In this document: piece after piece, positions 63,151 through 64,000 of the stretch
How positions within the stretch are numbered: position 1 is the stretch's first letter
Layout of the letters: every line of letters starts with the position of its first letter
Notes under the pieces: generated by a model
What the model was told of the DNA's origin: nothing
Seen by the model: only the letters and a program-made list of their open reading frames with translations
The model's database searches: none
Made by a program: the position numbers and the translations under genes
Source: Lama glama
Lineage: Eukaryota
Direction of reading: 5' to 3'
Assembly (NCBI GenBank): GCA_028534125.1
Contig: CM052832.1
Location: 24,244,001 to 24,308,000 of the forward strand
Length of the DNA stretch: 64,000 nt

Positions 63151-63874
63151 GTCTCTCAAGCCCTCATCCCTGCCTCTAAGAAGCTTACAGTCCAGAAGGC
63201 AAGGCATGCCCAGGAGTAGCCTTTAAAGACCCACACAGAGCTACAGCACTTCTCAGAGGTCAGGACCAGGGAAGGTTCGCTGGCGACGAGCCTGCCTTTC
63301 CGATGCTGGCTGTCTTTGTGGAGTTTTCTCCCTTTCACTCTGCCTCAGACCTCCCTGAGATTCCTATGCACTCTCAATAATTATTAATTGAAGAAAATGA
63401 TGACAGGGGCATATGCTTATCTGTGTTTCAGGGGATTGGCTTAAGTTTGGCTCCAAATGTTTGGCGTCAAGAGTCCCAACGAGGTGATGAACTTTTGACT
63501 CTTCAAAGGGCTTCACTGGGTCAGCGCTCAGCTTTCAAGATTTGGCCGATAGGAACTATTTATCTGTGCAGTTTGCTGGGTGGTGGGGTGGCGCTGAATC
63601 CAACTCTTAAGGACAAAACGTGCGTTGGAAGGAGGTCTCGCGTCAGGCAGGGCGACCATCTGGAGGCTCAGAGCACGTGTTCCCTTCCCGTCCCTACCCC
63701 TCCCAGTCTCATTCTCTCGCCTTCACTGGACCAGTGGATGCATCTTAACTGACTCGTGTCAAAAGGATAGAGATGAAAGATCATTTTCCCTTCACCTGCC
63801 TAGGGAAAACTGAGAGTCTGTCTTTCTTAGGTTGAAGGAAAATTACCTTAGGTTTTGTAACGTCTGGAAATATC

Positions 63875-63946
63875 GAATCACTCTGATGTACAGGTGGATC
63901 GAGCTGAGTGTTGTAAGTCAATTATACTTCAATTAAAAGAAAAAAG
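63875..63946 (+). mobile_element. Very short L1 3' terminal fragment with A-rich tail
   Basis: GAATCACTCTGATGTACA...TTGTAAGTCAATTATACTTCAATTAAAAGAAAAAA is the sense version of the L1 ends at 6.6 and 41.3 kb. Confidence 0.75.
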
Positions 63947-64000
63947 CTAAAATCACGAAGGATGTTTTTTTAAAAAAAATACCTTCAGCAAGTCTTGCTT

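Larger units (their letters stand above)
50550..64000 (+). other. ATXN1: 5' portion of ataxin-1 gene (5'-UTR exons 1-3 and introns; CDS lies downstream, outside window)
   Basis: Three segments match, in order and with GT-AG boundaries, my recollection of the human ATXN1 mRNA 5' end (GAGAGCAGAGTATACCGCAGACATCATTTCTACTACAGTGGCGGAGCCG...; TTTACCTCACAAAAACTACTACAAGCACC...CTGATGGAAAG; CAGGGTGGTCCnTTCAAGCTGCAGA). Exon 1 is in a CpG island. Recognition from memory, not a database search. Confidence 0.92.

Noticed and set aside
192..63813. Six-frame ORFs as protein-coding genes
   Set aside because: They are short, many start at non-ATG codons, they overlap repeats, N gaps or low-complexity GC tracts, and show no recognisable domains apart from an L1 ORF2 remnant.
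1..64000. CRISPR array, prokaryotic operon or endogenous viral ORF
   Set aside because: The sequence is mammalian; no repeat-spacer periodicity and no gag/pol/env or other viral-like translation was seen.

Overview
Mammalian, non-coding genomic DNA, very probably from a camelid: two tRNA-Ala-derived SINEs of the Vic-1 type and cetartiodactyl-type L1 3' ends are present. The first ~50 kb is repeat-rich intergenic sequence (L1, L2, MIR, MLT1 LTRs, hAT-Charlie MERs, and a U6 snRNA retrocopy fused to L1). A CpG-island promoter follows at ~49.8-51.9 kb, with the first three non-coding 5'-UTR exons of a + strand gene (50550-50735, 57867-57916, 58603-58717). I recognise these from memory of the human mRNA as ATXN1 (ataxin-1); the main CDS and polyQ tract lie outside the window. 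None of the supplied six-frame ORFs looks like a real protein-coding gene. The most interesting feature is a candidate splicing-to-translation switch. The 50-nt exon 2 has a weak donor and carries the only AUG in these three exons, which opens a uORF of at least 41 codons through exon 3. It is followed by a dense YCAY (NOVA-type) cluster and by UGCAUG (RBFOX-type) motifs. Two 100-N assembly gaps lie in GC-rich tracts. Repeat subfamily names and most repeat boundaries are by-eye estimates; no searches were run.
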